DNA of 64,000 nucleotides from Eledone cirrhosa (lineage: Eukaryota). Below are positions 14,846 through 28,409 of this stretch, piece after piece. How positions within the stretch are numbered: the first letter of the stretch is position 1; every line of letters begins with the position of its first letter. The notes beneath the pieces were generated by a model. It saw only the letters and a program-made list of their open reading frames with translations, made no database searches and was not told the DNA's origin. A program made the position numbers and the translations under genes. The stretch covers positions 21,886,001-21,950,000 of the forward strand of contig OZ024763.1 in the NCBI GenBank assembly GCA_964016885.1, in the 5' to 3' direction.

Positions 14846-15900
14846 TTAACCCTTTAGCATTTAACCCGGCCATATCCGGCCAGAATTCTCTCACCTTTTC
14901 TGTTCAAACCGGCTGTAACTGACCTCTCATACTGATATTAAGGTATTGTTCTCAAAATAAATAACATTGAAATCTCATAGATTCGATATTATGTAAGATA
15001 AAGTCTTTACCGCAAAAATCCAATAGTATATATAGAGTAATGTAAATGTTATGTGAGATATTATGTGAGGTAAAGCCTTTACTGTGAAAATACAGTAGTA
15101 TATATAGAGTAATGTATATGTTATTTGAGATAAAGCCTTTACCGCAAAAATACAATAGTATATATAGAGTAATGTATATGTTATTTGAGGTAAAGCCTTT
15201 ACTGTGAAAATCCAATAGTATATATAGAGTAATGTAAATGTTATTTGAGGTATTATGTGAGGTAAAGCCTTTACTGTGAAAATACAATAGTATATATAGA
15301 GTAATGTAAATGTTATTTGAGGTATTATGTGAGGTAAAGCCTTTACTGTGAAAATACAATAGTATATATAGAGTAATGTAAATGTTATGTGAGATATTAT
15401 CTAAGGTAAAGCCTTTACTGTGAAAATACAATAGTATATATAGAGTAATGTAAATGTTATGTGAGATATTATGTGAGGTAAAGTCTTTACTGTGAAAATA
15501 TAATAGTATATATAGAGTAATGTAAATGTTATGTGAGATATTATGTGAGGTAAAGCCTTTACTGTGAAAATCCAATAGTATATATAGAGTAATGTAAATG
15601 TTATTTGAGGTATTATGTGAGGTAAAGCCTTTACTGTGAAAATACAATAGTATATATAGAGTAATGTAAATGTTATGTGAGATATTATCTAAGGTAAAGC
15701 CTTTACTGTGAAAATACAATAGTATATATAGAGTAATGTAAATGTTATGTGAGATATTATGTGAGGTAAAGTCTTTACTGTGAAAATATAATAGTATATA
15801 TAGAGTAATGTAAATGTTATGTGAGATATTATGTGAGGTAAAGCCTTTACTGTGAAAATACAATAGTATATATAGAGTAATGTAAATGGTAAAGGGTTAA
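14846..15900 (+). mobile_element. piggyBac-like MITE with an internal array (~13 units)
   Basis: TTAA|CCCTTTAGCATTTA ... TAAATGgTAAAGGG|TTAA. Confidence 0.85.
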
Positions 15901-16429
15901 AGAAACAGCTTTATAGAATCAGGGGTCAGTATGAGGTGGTTTGATACCTAAAGGGTTAATACAAATGGAAGTAATGCTAGGCTTAAAGTGAAGACTAGCT
16001 TTATATAACCATACTTGACAGTTTAAAACAATTTACAGCTTTAAGATCAAAAAGGCCTGCCTGTACAAAAGTTGCCAAGAAATTCAGTTCAGCTAATCTA
16101 TGAGGAGGGCATTAAACCTTCTTCTTAGTACAATCATTTAATTTAAAGTGTTCTGGGAGAGAGGCTGATAACAAACTCATCCACTGGGATTAATGTTTTT
16201 ATCAGTTCTAATTTACCTGGAGCTTATCTTTCTCTTTTCTTCTGCTGTTCTCAACACCATCTTAATTAATAATAATAATAATAATTGTTTATATTTTTGG
16301 CACAAGGCCAGCAAATACCCAGTGCATTACTGGTACTTTATTTTATCGACCTCGTAAGGATGAAAGGCAAAGTTAACCTCGACTGGATTTGAACTCTTGG
16401 CACAGGGCCAGCAATTATCCCAAATAATA

Positions 16430-16880
16430 ATAAAAAGGGCAACATATCCATCTTGTGATATGCCTCTGATAACCGACCAAGAATTCGCACTCAACAGACC
16501 AGATATCATCCATAAAACACAAAACAGATTGGACATGGAGCCTTATAGATATTTCTGTGTCAGCTGACAAGAATACATCTATAAAAACAATGGAAAAACT
16601 GTCAAAATACAAAGACCTGGAGATAGAGATCAACCACATGAAGAGGATGTCCACAAACACTATCCCTGGGGTAATAGGAACATTAGGATTAATACCCCAA
16701 TCATCAGACCTGCACCTTAGTGCCCTTCCCTGCAAGATCAGCAAATATGAGCTACAGAAGATGAGGGTACTAGGAACAACACACATTCTCAGACAAGTTG
16801 TCTCTCTACAATGAAAACCTCTATTGCCCTAGGTTCAAGGTCTGAACCTAGCAATAGAGAAACAGAACTGAGCTAAATGA
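16430..16880 (+). mobile_element. RLE-type (R4/Dong/NeSL-like) LINE 3' fragment
   Basis: NRPDII...EKLSKYKDLEIEI...IPGVIGTLG...LQK..VLGTTHILR, a restriction-like endonuclease C-terminus, followed by an AAT-rich tail. Confidence 0.75.
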
Positions 16881-17149
16881 AATAACACAACAATAATAAT
16901 TGTTTCTACTTTTGGCACAAGGCCAGCAATTATCCCAGTGTATTACTGGTACTTTATTTTATCGACCCCGTAAGGATGAAAGGCAAAGTTAACCTGAGCG
17001 GGATTTGAACTCAGAATGGCAAGGGCCGTTGGTTTCTAGTTTAGTCACATGGCCAAGAGTTTGAGGGAGGGGGAAGTCGTTTAAATCAACTCCACTGCGT
17101 TACTGGTATTTTATTTTATCAACCATGTAAGGATGAAAGATAAAGCCCT

Positions 17150-17475
17150 TCATAGTACCTTCTTGAAAAAACAGAATTCAGAATTCTGCAGACATGGGAC
17201 TGGTTAAAGAAAGGGGAATGCTACTGGCTGCACAAGAGCAAGCCCTTAGAACAAAGTGGATAAAACACCATATTGACAAGGAGGAGGTTAGCCCACTCTG
17301 TAGAATCTGTAGAGAGAGAGAGGAAACTGTGGCTCACATTGTATCTGAGTGTAAACCCATAGCCCAGGCTCATTATAAAGGATGGAAGTGTGATATTATA
17401 GGAAAAGTGATCCACTGGCATTTATGTAAACTGAATAATTTACCTCATTCTTAGAAATGTTAAGAGCATAAGCCA
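17150..17475 (+). mobile_element. RLE-type LINE fragment (CCHC zinc knuckle)
   Basis: AAQEQALRT...CRICREREETVAHIVSEC...IHWHLC. Confidence 0.8.
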
Positions 17476-17539
17476 GTTGACCTCGGCAGGATTTAAAATC
17501 TGAGAGCTGTAACAAATGCCATTCATTATTCTATCCAAG

Positions 17540-17730
17540 GCGGTAGATTGGCAGTATCGGTAGAGAGTCGGACGCCATGCTTTGACGCATAGAGTTACGG
17601 TCGTTGCCTTTCTGAGTTCAAATCCCTCCGAGGTTAACTTTGCCTTTCATCCTTACGGGGTCGATAAAATAAAGTACCAGTAATGCACTGGGTAATTGCT
17701 GGCCTTGTGCCAATAGTAGAAACAATTATT
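17540..17730 (+). mobile_element. tRNA-derived SINE family C (Meta-like central domain)
   Basis: ggcagtatcggtagag...gagttcaaatcc...ttaactttgcctttcatccttacggggtcgataaaataaagtaccag with an (ATT)n tail. Other copies near 6517, 9825, 10700, 14570(-), 16280(-), 16897(-), 32620, 33240, 33415, 46770, 55960-56340(-) and 59245. Confidence 0.78.
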
Positions 17731-18767
17731 CTATCCAATTTTCTAAAAATTCTCCTAATTTGCCATCTATAGAAATATATAGACCTGGTATTAAGATGGT
17801 TAATAGTTGAGATAAATTTAGAGTCTATATCTTAAGATTCCTGCTATTAATTGATTCTCAGACAGGAGAGTTAAACCTACAATAAGATACATGTACACAC
17901 TCACATATACGCACACACACACTCACCCATACACATACACACACATATATGCACACACACACTCACCCATACACACACACACACATATACGCACACACAC
18001 ACTCACCCATACACATACACACACATATACACACTGGCACATACACACATACACACATACGTGGTATACTGCACATATTTTCTCACAAATAACCATTTGC
18101 AAACATCCAACTTACCCGTACACACACTTACACAAACACACACACACACATATGTACACATACACACACGTACACAAAACCACACACACATGCACACACA
18201 TATGCACACACACACACTTACATACACACAGCCACACACATACATACAGAGAACCACACACACACACACACACATATATGTACACATACACACACGTACA
18301 CAAAACCACACACACATGCACACACACACACACTTACATACACACAGAACCACACACAGAAACCCACACACATACATACAGAGAACCACACACACACACA
18401 CACACACACAACCATGAACATACACACAGAAAACCACACACAGAAAACTACAAACACACAGAACCACACACATACACACACACACACACATATACACACA
18501 CATACAGAAGCACACACACACATACAGAAGCATACACACACACATACAGGTAGTGATAAACACCAAAATACCTGGAGGCCAACTAAAACTTCTCCTTTAC
18601 TAAGAGGTAATTAGCTCTTATCATGTTACCTTTAATTTATCCAAGTCTAACTATAATTACCTCCCCTTATTTTCTTTCTAATTTGGAAAGTTTACCAATT
18701 TTAACCAGAAAAATTGTAACTATTGGCTAAAAATATGTGTGTATGTACATGTTTATATATATGTGTG

Positions 18768-18866
<99 letters not shown>

Positions 18867-19007
18867 ATATATATGTATGTATGTATATATATATATGTGT
18901 GTGTGTATATATATGTATGTATGTATATATATATGTGTGTGTGTATATATATGTATGTATGTATATATATATATATATGTGTGTATATATATATGTATAT
19001 ATATATA

Positions 19008-19054
<47 letters not shown>

Positions 19055-19197
19055 ATATATGTATGTATATATATATATATATGTGTGTGTGTGTATATAT
19101 ATGTATGTATATATATATATGTATAGGTACACATATATATATATATATATATATGAAGTATATATATATAAATATGTGTGTATATATATGTATGTAT

Positions 19198-19237
<40 letters not shown>

Positions 19238-20024
19238 GAAGAAAATTGAGTTGGAAAAATAAAGCTTCTTTTTCCCTTATATATATATATATACACACAA
19301 TGTATATATATATATATATACAAAATGTATATATATATATAAAAATATATATATACAATGTATATATATATATATATATAAAGTGTCTGGTGTTATAAAC
19401 TTTTCAGTAAATATATTCCACCTACTAATGACTTAATATATACTATGTAGGTTTGTTTATCTGTCTATTTGTTGTTGTTGTTGTTATAGATTTTCTTCCA
19501 GTCTACTAAGGTTTTGAAGGTGTATGGCATAGCTTAGTGGTTAGGACAGTTGTTCAACTCACGATCTTATTGACATTGTAGGTTCACTTCCTGTCAGTTC
19601 AATGTCTTATCTCCTTGAACAATATCCTTTATTAAATATTTCCTAGTAACCACACAGCCCCATTTTCAAAACTACATTATATATCATTTCATTTTACGTC
19701 CGCTTTTTCCCTGCTTGCAAGGGTGGGACGGGAACTGATTCTGGCTTGATTTCTACAGCTGGATACCCTTCCTAACACCAACCTCATTTACAGTGAGTGC
19801 TGGGTGCTTTTTTGCCGTGGCACCTCCACGACCACTTTGCAGTGGAATGATATGGACCCCAGTCCCTATCATCTCATTTCTACAGCTGAGTAAACTGGAG
19901 CAATGTGAAATAAAGTGTCTTGCTCAAGGAAACAACACATCACCCGGTCTGAGAATTGAACTCACAACCTTTCGATTGCAAGGCCAATGCTCTAATCACT
20001 AAGCCATGTGCCTCCATATATTTT

Positions 20025-20063
<39 letters not shown>

Positions 20064-20064
20064 T

Positions 20065-20170
20065 TGACATATGTTGATGCCTTAAGAACAGACACTGGTC
20101 TCTTGGAGATGCAGGACATGGCAGCGATGATGAGGGACAGAGACCGCAGGAGAGAACTCGTCCATGGATC
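20065..20170 (+). mobile_element. RTE-like LINE 3' remnant
   Basis: TYVDALRTDTGL..MAAMMRDRDRRRELV. Confidence 0.6.
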
Positions 20171-20339
20171 TTGGGAATTTTACCCATCCTACATGTGTGT
20201 GTGTCTGTGTGTGTGAGAGAGAGAGTATTACTTATATAGAAATTAGCCTGAACGAAGTCAAGGTTTCACCATAAAGGAATTTTATTATACTTAGCTTATG
20301 AAGGAAACCGACCAGAGTATAGCACTAAATATATAACAT

Positions 20340-20373
<34 letters not shown>

Positions 20374-20559
20374 AGGTGGTCATGTAGGAGACACGGTAAA
20401 AAGGCTCCCAGTCCACACTGTAAATGTGGTTGGTGTTAGGAAGAGCATTCAGTCGTAAAAACCCTACCAGAGACACTTCCATATGAGGGAGACCTGGTCT
20501 CCTGACCATTCCCGCATCAAATGAAACAAAACCATCTAACCCATGAAACGATGATGATG

Positions 20560-20590
<31 letters not shown>

Positions 20591-20635
20591 TATTATGGAA
20601 TACTGTTGGCTTCTTGCTACAATAATTTCTATACT

Positions 20636-20689
<54 letters not shown>

Positions 20690-20882
20690 ATGGCTATACA
20701 TATATACTTTCTGGAAGGTATGGGGTTAATTTCCTTGTAGCAGCCAATGGCAACTTCTTTTTCCGTCCTTTAAAGGTCTTCACCCTTTTTTATAAGCTAT
20801 CTTTATAGCATTTTTGTGCTTGAGTACTTTCTTTATACTTATATATATATGTAACATATATATACATATATATATGTGTGTG

Positions 20883-21163
20883 TGGAGACACATGGCCTAC
20901 TGGTAAGAATGTTGGACTTATGATCATAATGTCATGGGTTCGATTCCTGGGCTGCATGTTGTGTTCTTGAGCAAAAACACTTCATTTCATATGGCTCCAG
21001 TATACTCAGCTGAAAATGAGTACCAGCAATAGCTGGAGGTTTAACTCTGCGATGGACTGGCGTCCTGCCCAGGGGGGGGAGTCTTGTACTCTCAGTCGCT
21101 TCTCGCCATGAAACCAGGATAAGCACCGGCCAAATGAGCCTTCTGGCTTAAGAGACAGACTTT

Positions 21164-21165
<2 letters not shown>
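20883..21165 (+). mobile_element. CORE-like tRNA SINE with a different tail
   Basis: A/B boxes (tggcctactgg, ggttcgattcc) and core ttcttgagcaaaaacactt. Confidence 0.7.
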
Positions 21166-21201
<36 letters not shown>

Positions 21202-21242
21202 GAGAGTAAAACAAAGAATCCTTTAATACATCAAAAGTTTTT

Positions 21243-21287
21243 ATTAGCCAACAATGTTTCGTCCTATTAAGGACTCATCAGGGCAAT
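21243..21287 (-). ncRNA. Minimal type I hammerhead ribozyme motif
   Basis: Minus strand reads ATTGCC CTGATGA GTCCT taat AGGAC GAAAC att GTT GGCtAAT, followed by AATAAA. Confidence 0.8.
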
Positions 21288-21472
21288 CAAAACAACAAGA
21301 GGTAATTTTGGCAGATAATTTCGGCTAATAAAAACTTTTGATGTATTAAAGGATTCTTTGTTTTACTCTCTTAATTTTTTGGCTCTGTTTAACTGCATTG
21401 AGCTATACCTTTTACTGTCATTTCTATAATACGAAGAGGGTGTTTGACTCAAACACGCTCCAGTATTCTAAT

Positions 21473-21525
<53 letters not shown>

Positions 21526-22032
21526 TATATATATATACACACACAGACATAGATAGAGCTGGAGAGAACTGTTTGTGGTGAAATTGAATATCAAGGTGTT
21601 TTTTTAATTTAAAATTATGCAGCATTAAATTACTGTAATTAAATTACTGTTAACGAAGTTGATTTATATCGTCATAGGCTACATTACTTTCCACTAATAA
21701 GCCTCTATAATTTAGTAATTTAATCAACAGAAAATTCTAGACATTGATTAAGGATCTGTACCTACACATATTTATATATATATATATATGCATGTGTGTG
21801 TATATATATATATGTGTGTGTATATATATATATATATGTATGTATGTATATATATATATAGAGATGTATATATATGTATGTATATGTATGTATGTATATA
21901 TATATGTATATATATGTATGTGTGTGTATATATGTATGTATATCTATATATATATGTATATATATGTATGTGTGTATATATATGTATGTATATATATATG
22001 TATATATATGTATGTGTGTATATATATGTATG

Positions 22033-22063
<31 letters not shown>

Positions 22064-22133
22064 GTATGTATGTATATGTATGTATGTATATATATATATG
22101 TATATATATGTATGTGTGTATATATATGTATGT

Positions 22134-22165
<32 letters not shown>

Positions 22166-22374
22166 GTGTATATATATATATGTATATATATATATATGTA
22201 TATATATGTAGGAGGTGAGTTTTATTGTAGTACAATAAAGCAATTCTTACCTTTCCTTCCCTCTTCTTTCTTTTTTTCCCCAATCTCATATATCCATCTT
22301 CCTTTATTTTTCATATGTAGATTTAACACTTCATTGGTCGCAAGGGTTTTTTAAACTTCATATCATGTCTCCCT

Positions 22375-22442
22375 ATTTCATCTGATGAGAACGCAAGTAT
22401 CATCCCATGATGATGTTTGTTTTTGAAATGCGCATAATAAAT
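22375..22442 (+). ncRNA. Minimal hammerhead ribozyme motif
   Basis: ATTTCAT CTGATGA, a 16-bp stem II with GU pairs, then GAAA TGCGCA TA ATAAAT. Loop III is palindromic. Confidence 0.7.
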
Positions 22443-22558
22443 TACATGGAACTCTTTTAACCATCTTTTGATCTTATATTATATGTATATATATGTAGAT
22501 ATGTATATATATATATATATATATACATATATACATATATACATGATGATGATGATGA

Positions 22559-22622
<64 letters not shown>

Positions 22623-23414
22623 ATGATTTATTGTTAAAGAATAAAAACACATGATAAAATAAAAATATATTTTTTTAAATGAGGCCCTTGAGAGTGTGTG
22701 GCCCTTAATTAGCCTATAGTTAGTTCAGCACTACCTGCATCTACTGAATGTCCAGATGGTCTGGTAGCCTACAATTTGGTTACATACAGTTCAGAGCTCT
22801 ACGCTATCATCCTAGAAATGAAAAAGATATATTAGGTAACATGGATTTAGATATATCATGTATACATTATAGACAGAGGCTCTCAAAGTGGTCGATACTG
22901 CCCCAGGGGAGGGGGGGGGGGGGGGGTAGAAGGTCCAGGAGGCACAGGAGCCTAATGGGGTGGTGGGGGTGGAGATGATATAATGCTATACCAAATATTA
23001 GACGATGCATATTACATATAAATATAGTAAAATAAAAGATATATAATAATATATATATATATTATATATATATTCATTTCATTTTCATCATTTCATTTTA
23101 CGTCCGCTTTTCCCTGCTTGCAAGGGTGGGACAGGAACTGATTCTGGCTTGATTTCTACAGCTGGATGCCCTTCCTAACACCAACCTCATTTACAGTGAG
23201 TGCTGGGTGCCTTTTTTGCCGTGGCACCCTCCACGACCACTTTGCAGTGGAATGATATGGACCCCAGTCCCTATCATCTCATTTCTACAGCTGAGTAAAC
23301 TGGAGCAATGCGAAATAAAGTGTCTTGCTCAAGGAAACAACACATCACCCGGTCTGAGAATTGAACTCACAAACCTTTCGATTGCAAGGCCAATGCTCTA
23401 ACCACTAAGCCATG

Positions 23415-23609
<195 letters not shown>

Positions 23610-24046
23610 AAGGACACTACGACAAACAATTAAAAGCTTTCTGAAGATGTGTGACAAATAATTAAGTATTACATATGATAGAACTATATATATTGTAGTC
23701 AGCAAATGTAGACTATTATAATAGACACAGACTCATATGTTAAAGCCAATAAATATATATATGTTTATCCCGGGTTCAATCGGGGGTAACCACAGAAGGT
23801 ACTCAATACATAACAGGGTATAAGCATTTAATATAGAAATACCTTCTACAGAACTAGAACTGTTTCATTCGGGAGAAATCATATATATATATATATATAT
23901 AATATATAAGATCAAAAGATGGTTAAATGAGTTCCATGTATTTTTGATCTTATATATTATGTATACTCCAGTCCTACAAACTGTAGAGTGCTTCTTATCC
24001 GATATCTGCATTGCTTTATTGTACTACAATAAAACTCACCTCCTAC

Positions 24047-24129
<83 letters not shown>

Positions 24130-25132
24130 CACATATATATATATATTATGTCTGTCTGTGTGTGTGTGTATATTTTTTTCATTTTCATTTTACGTCCGCT
24201 TTTTCCCTGCTTGCAAGGGTGGGACGGGAACTGATTCTGGCTTGATTTCTACAGCTGGATGCCCTTCCTAACACCAACCTCATTTACAGTGAGTGCTGGG
24301 TGCCTTTTTTGCCGTGGCACCTCCACGACCACTTTGCAGTGGAATGATAGGGACCCCAGTCCCTAGCATCTCATTTCTACAGCTGAGTAAACTGTATATA
24401 TATGCGTGTGTGTGTTTATAAATATATATATATATATATATTTATAAACACACACACGCATATATATACACACACACACACACATATATATATGTATGTA
24501 TATCTTTGTGTGGTAGTGTGAGATTGTAATCTGACATATACTAGGTTTCACACAGTTCATCTCCTAATTAAACTTCCCATTTACTACACAAAATATTTAC
24601 ATAAACAAACACACTGTAACACATTTGCTATTAATTTATGATTGTTTTCATGAAGAATCTTATGATTTCACTAGAATAAAACCTTCCCTATGTTCAAATA
24701 AACATCGTTCTCTTATTGGTTATTCATTATGTATATATATATATATTTTTCTTTTTGCTAAAGGAAATGATGGTCTGAAGAATTGAATTAAGTTAAATAA
24801 AATAGAATATTTCTATTCTCTCATATTGATTTTTGGTTCTGAAGTGACACAAGACATTATATTGATATGAGCAAATTTAGTTTCATTCATAATTCTTTAA
24901 AATCCTTTATCCATAGACAAACGTCTGTTTCTACATTTTATGTGTCATCTGTATGGATTTATTTCGTATTTATTTATTTATTCATTTATTTACATATGTT
25001 CCAGCCGAGGGGCTGCATAAAAGTTGCCTCTTTTCAAGTAAATTCCATATATTTGAGAAACATTTCTTAAACCAACAAACCCCCAATAAACAAAACAAAC
25101 AAAAACAAAACACAAGATAAGATTTTTAATAA

Positions 25133-25216
<84 letters not shown>

Positions 25217-25335
25217 TATATATATAGATATATATATAGTTTTAATATAGATGAGATTCTATTAAAACTTTTATACTCTGCTATGTATTGAGTACCGTAC
25301 TTACTGTGGTTACCTCCGATTCAACCCGGAATGAC

Positions 25336-25375
<40 letters not shown>

Positions 25376-25378
<3 letters not shown>

Positions 25379-25564
25379 GTGAAGTAAGGTACTCAATACA
25401 TTGGAGAGTATAAATATTTAATATAGAAATGGCTTCTACAGGACTAGAACTGTTTCATTCGGGAGAAATCATCAGGGCTTCCACATGATTTCTCCAAAAT
25501 GAAACAGTTCTAGTCCTGTAGAAGCCATTTCTATATTAAAAAGAAAATATATATATATATGTAT

Positions 25565-25641
<77 letters not shown>

Positions 25642-25810
25642 TATTTGGTGAAGTAAGGTACTCAATACATTGGAGAGTATAAATATTTAATATAGAAATG
25701 GCTTCTACAGGACTAGAACTGTTTCATTCGGGAGAAATCATCAGGGCTTCCACATGATTTCTCCAAAATGAAACAGTTCTAGTCCTGTAGAAGCCATTTC
25801 TATATTAAAA
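25376..25810. mobile_element. Tandem pair of palindromic Penelope-like remnants with CTGATGA/GAAAC core on the - strand
   Basis: Unit ttggtgaagtaagg...tcatcagggcttccacatgatttc...atattaaa occurs twice, separated by (TA)n. Confidence 0.65.
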
Positions 25811-25842
25811 AAAAAAAAATATATATATATATATATATGTAT

Positions 25843-25907
<65 letters not shown>

Positions 25908-26406
25908 TAATAAATCTGACTATCACATCATCTCCCTCACCCCGAACATCTTCCAACTTCTCTCTCAATCAATCATCTTGATTTTTCTCTAAATGTTTCT
26001 CTTTGTTTTTATTTTTTATTTTTGTTTTTTTACTTTTATTTTCATCAAAGGATGCTATGTAATTTACAACTTATTAACACTTCCCCAGACACACACCAAC
26101 ATTCTTTATATATACACCAACACATTACAACTTTAGATCAGTTTGACAAACGCCACTGTTAAATGTGAGAAAGTTCTCCAGAAAATTAACCAAGATATTT
26201 TTTGTTTTAATTTCCACTAAAGTTAACAAAAGACTCATTAGATCTGCATGGCAAAATTATAAAACTATAAAATTGTAAAATGATCAAATTAAATTGTTAT
26301 AGAATACCAACTACAAGTGAAGTCATTCTTTTCCTTTTTTCATATATATATATATATATGTATATATATGTATATATATATGTATATATATATGTATATA
26401 TATATG

Positions 26407-26441
<35 letters not shown>

Positions 26442-26591
26442 GTATATATGTATATATATATATGTATATATGTATATATATATATGTATATATGTCTGCA
26501 TGTATGTATATATATATATACATACTACTGTACGTCTGTATACATATATGTATGTACGTGTACATACTTATATATATGTATATATAATTAG

Positions 26592-26890
26592 TTTTGCAAG
26601 ATTTCTTATCTGAAAACGTGTGTTGAAACATATATTGTTATACTTTGGGAGGGTCATGCTGCCAATAAAAAACACATGCACCTGTAAGTTTTTACTTCAA
26701 TTTATTGTAAGTTTCCAGTTGGTTGGTTCGATAACTGGAAGGTTGTTTTAACCGGAAGGTTGTTTATATAAACAACCTTCCGGTTATCGAACCAACCAAC
26801 CGAAAACTTATAATAAATTGAAGTGAAAACCAACAGGTCCATGTGTTTTTTATTGGCAGCATGACCCTACCAAAGTATAACAATATATAT
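26592..26890. mobile_element. Palindromic TA-flanked repeat (putative Penelope-like remnant)
   Basis: Imperfect inverted arms centred near 26768. Single-arm copies at 9423-9460, 37817-37925 and 45995-46182. Confidence 0.6.
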
Positions 26891-27036
26891 ATAAATATAT
26901 TGTTATACTTATAACAATATATATATAAATATATTGTTATACTTTGTATAACAATATATATATAAATATATTGTTTACAATCTCATTTCTTTATTGTGTA
27001 CTTTAAAACTGACTTTTGTTCCTCTTTTGTCTTCAG

Positions 27037-27175
27037 AATCCTGATATCGTGTTGGTGCACTATCTTAATGTGCCCTATCCAGATAGTGCTAAGCTCAGCA
27101 TTCCAGTACTCTCTTATGGATTTGAGAAGAAGGAATGGACCAAAGATGAGCTGGCTGATCAGCTGAGACCGATGT
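27037..27175 (+). CDS. CAMTA: CAMTA exon, end of the CG-1 DNA-binding domain
   Basis: Acceptor cttcag and donor gtaagt. Encodes NPDIVLVHYLNVPYPDSAKLSIPVLSYGFEKKEWTKDELADQLRPM, matching the CAMTA1/2 motifs NPDIVLVHYLNVP and WTKEELIGQLKPMF. 139 nt, ends in phase 1. Upstream CG-1 exons were not found in the window. Confidence 0.93.
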
Positions 27176-27209
27176 GTAAGTATATAAATATATATATTAT
27201 ATTGATATT

Positions 27210-27580
27210 GAGGTGGTCGTGTAGGTGTCACGACAAAAAGCACTCAGTCCACTCTGTAAAGTGATTGTGTAGGTGTCACAATAAAAGCACCTAGTCCACA
27301 CTGTAAAGTAGTCGTGCAGGTGTCACAACAAAAGCACCCAGTACACTCTGTAAAGTGGTCATGTAGGTGTCACAACAAAAAGCACCCAGTCCACACTGTA
27401 AAGTGGGCATATAGGAGACACGACAAAAAGCACCCAGCCCACACTGTAAACGTGGTTGGCATTAGGAAAGGCATCCAGCCGTAGAAATCTAGCCAGAAAC
27501 AGTTCCAACTTGCCCCAAATGGGACAACCCGTCTAACTCATGCTAGCGTGGAAAATGGACGTTTAACGATGATGATGATT
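27210..27580 (+). repeat. Diverged ~50-bp tandem repeats ending in the SINE/LINE-type tail
   Basis: About 5 copies of ggtcgtgtaggtgtcacRacaaaaagcacccagtccacactgtaaa. A similar block lies at 11090-11370. Confidence 0.7.
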
Positions 27581-27924
27581 GATATTGATATATCAATTGT
27601 ATTCTATCGATCTGTTTTATCAAACTATTTTAAACATTTGCATATATAATGCTGCAGTGGTTAACACAAGGATGAAGAATGTCGTTTGAAAATTCACTTT
27701 GGATAGGTAAAAAAATAATTGCTTTTGATAAGGTACAAAAGTCATTATTTTAGCTGACAGGGAACATAGTCAAGATAATTGATTCTAGACATTTTATCAA
27801 CACTGAGACAGGTGAGAAGTGTCTTGATTTATGGGAGGGAGACTTAGATGATGAATGGGGAGCAACAGAAAGAAGCTAGAAAGAACAAAAGTGAGACTGG
27901 TTCAATTGATTAATAGCTGAAGAT

Positions 27925-28100
27925 GAAGAGTATAGAGTCGGTGGTGAATGTTGTGAAGAGAAATAGATGAGCTGGTTGGGTCATGTGTTGAGGAAGGATG
28001 AAAGTGACTGGGTGATTGGGTGAGAGAAATAGGGTCAGTGGTGAATGTTGTGAAAAGAAATAGAATGAGATGGCAGGGTCATGTGTTGAGGAAGGGTGAA
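27925..28100 (+). mobile_element. RTE-like LINE remnant, locally duplicated
   Basis: VVKRNRMRWQGHVLRK-like segment present twice. Confidence 0.55.
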
Positions 28101-28409
28101 AGTCCAGGAATCAATCGAACCTACAACATTATGATCGTAAGTCCAACAGCCTTACCACTAGGCCACACACCTCCACATGTCATTGCTGTAATTATTGTTG
28201 TTGTTATTGTTGTTGTCGATATAATCAGTTGATTTGTCTGCAAGTAGATTTCTCAGAACTAATTAGGAGCATTGGTGTAATTTCTTTATTTGCTGTGGTA
28301 TGTCAGAGGTCACTTCAGCCATGGAACTCCATGTCAATATTATTTCTTTGCAGTGGATCGGCACTAGTATCAGTAGAGGGTCGGATGCCATGCTTTGCAG
28401 CAAGGAGTT

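Noticed and set aside
23635-23705. Possible hammerhead (CTGAAGA...GAA..GTC)
   Set aside because: GAAA is incomplete and stem I does not pair; at best heavily degenerate.
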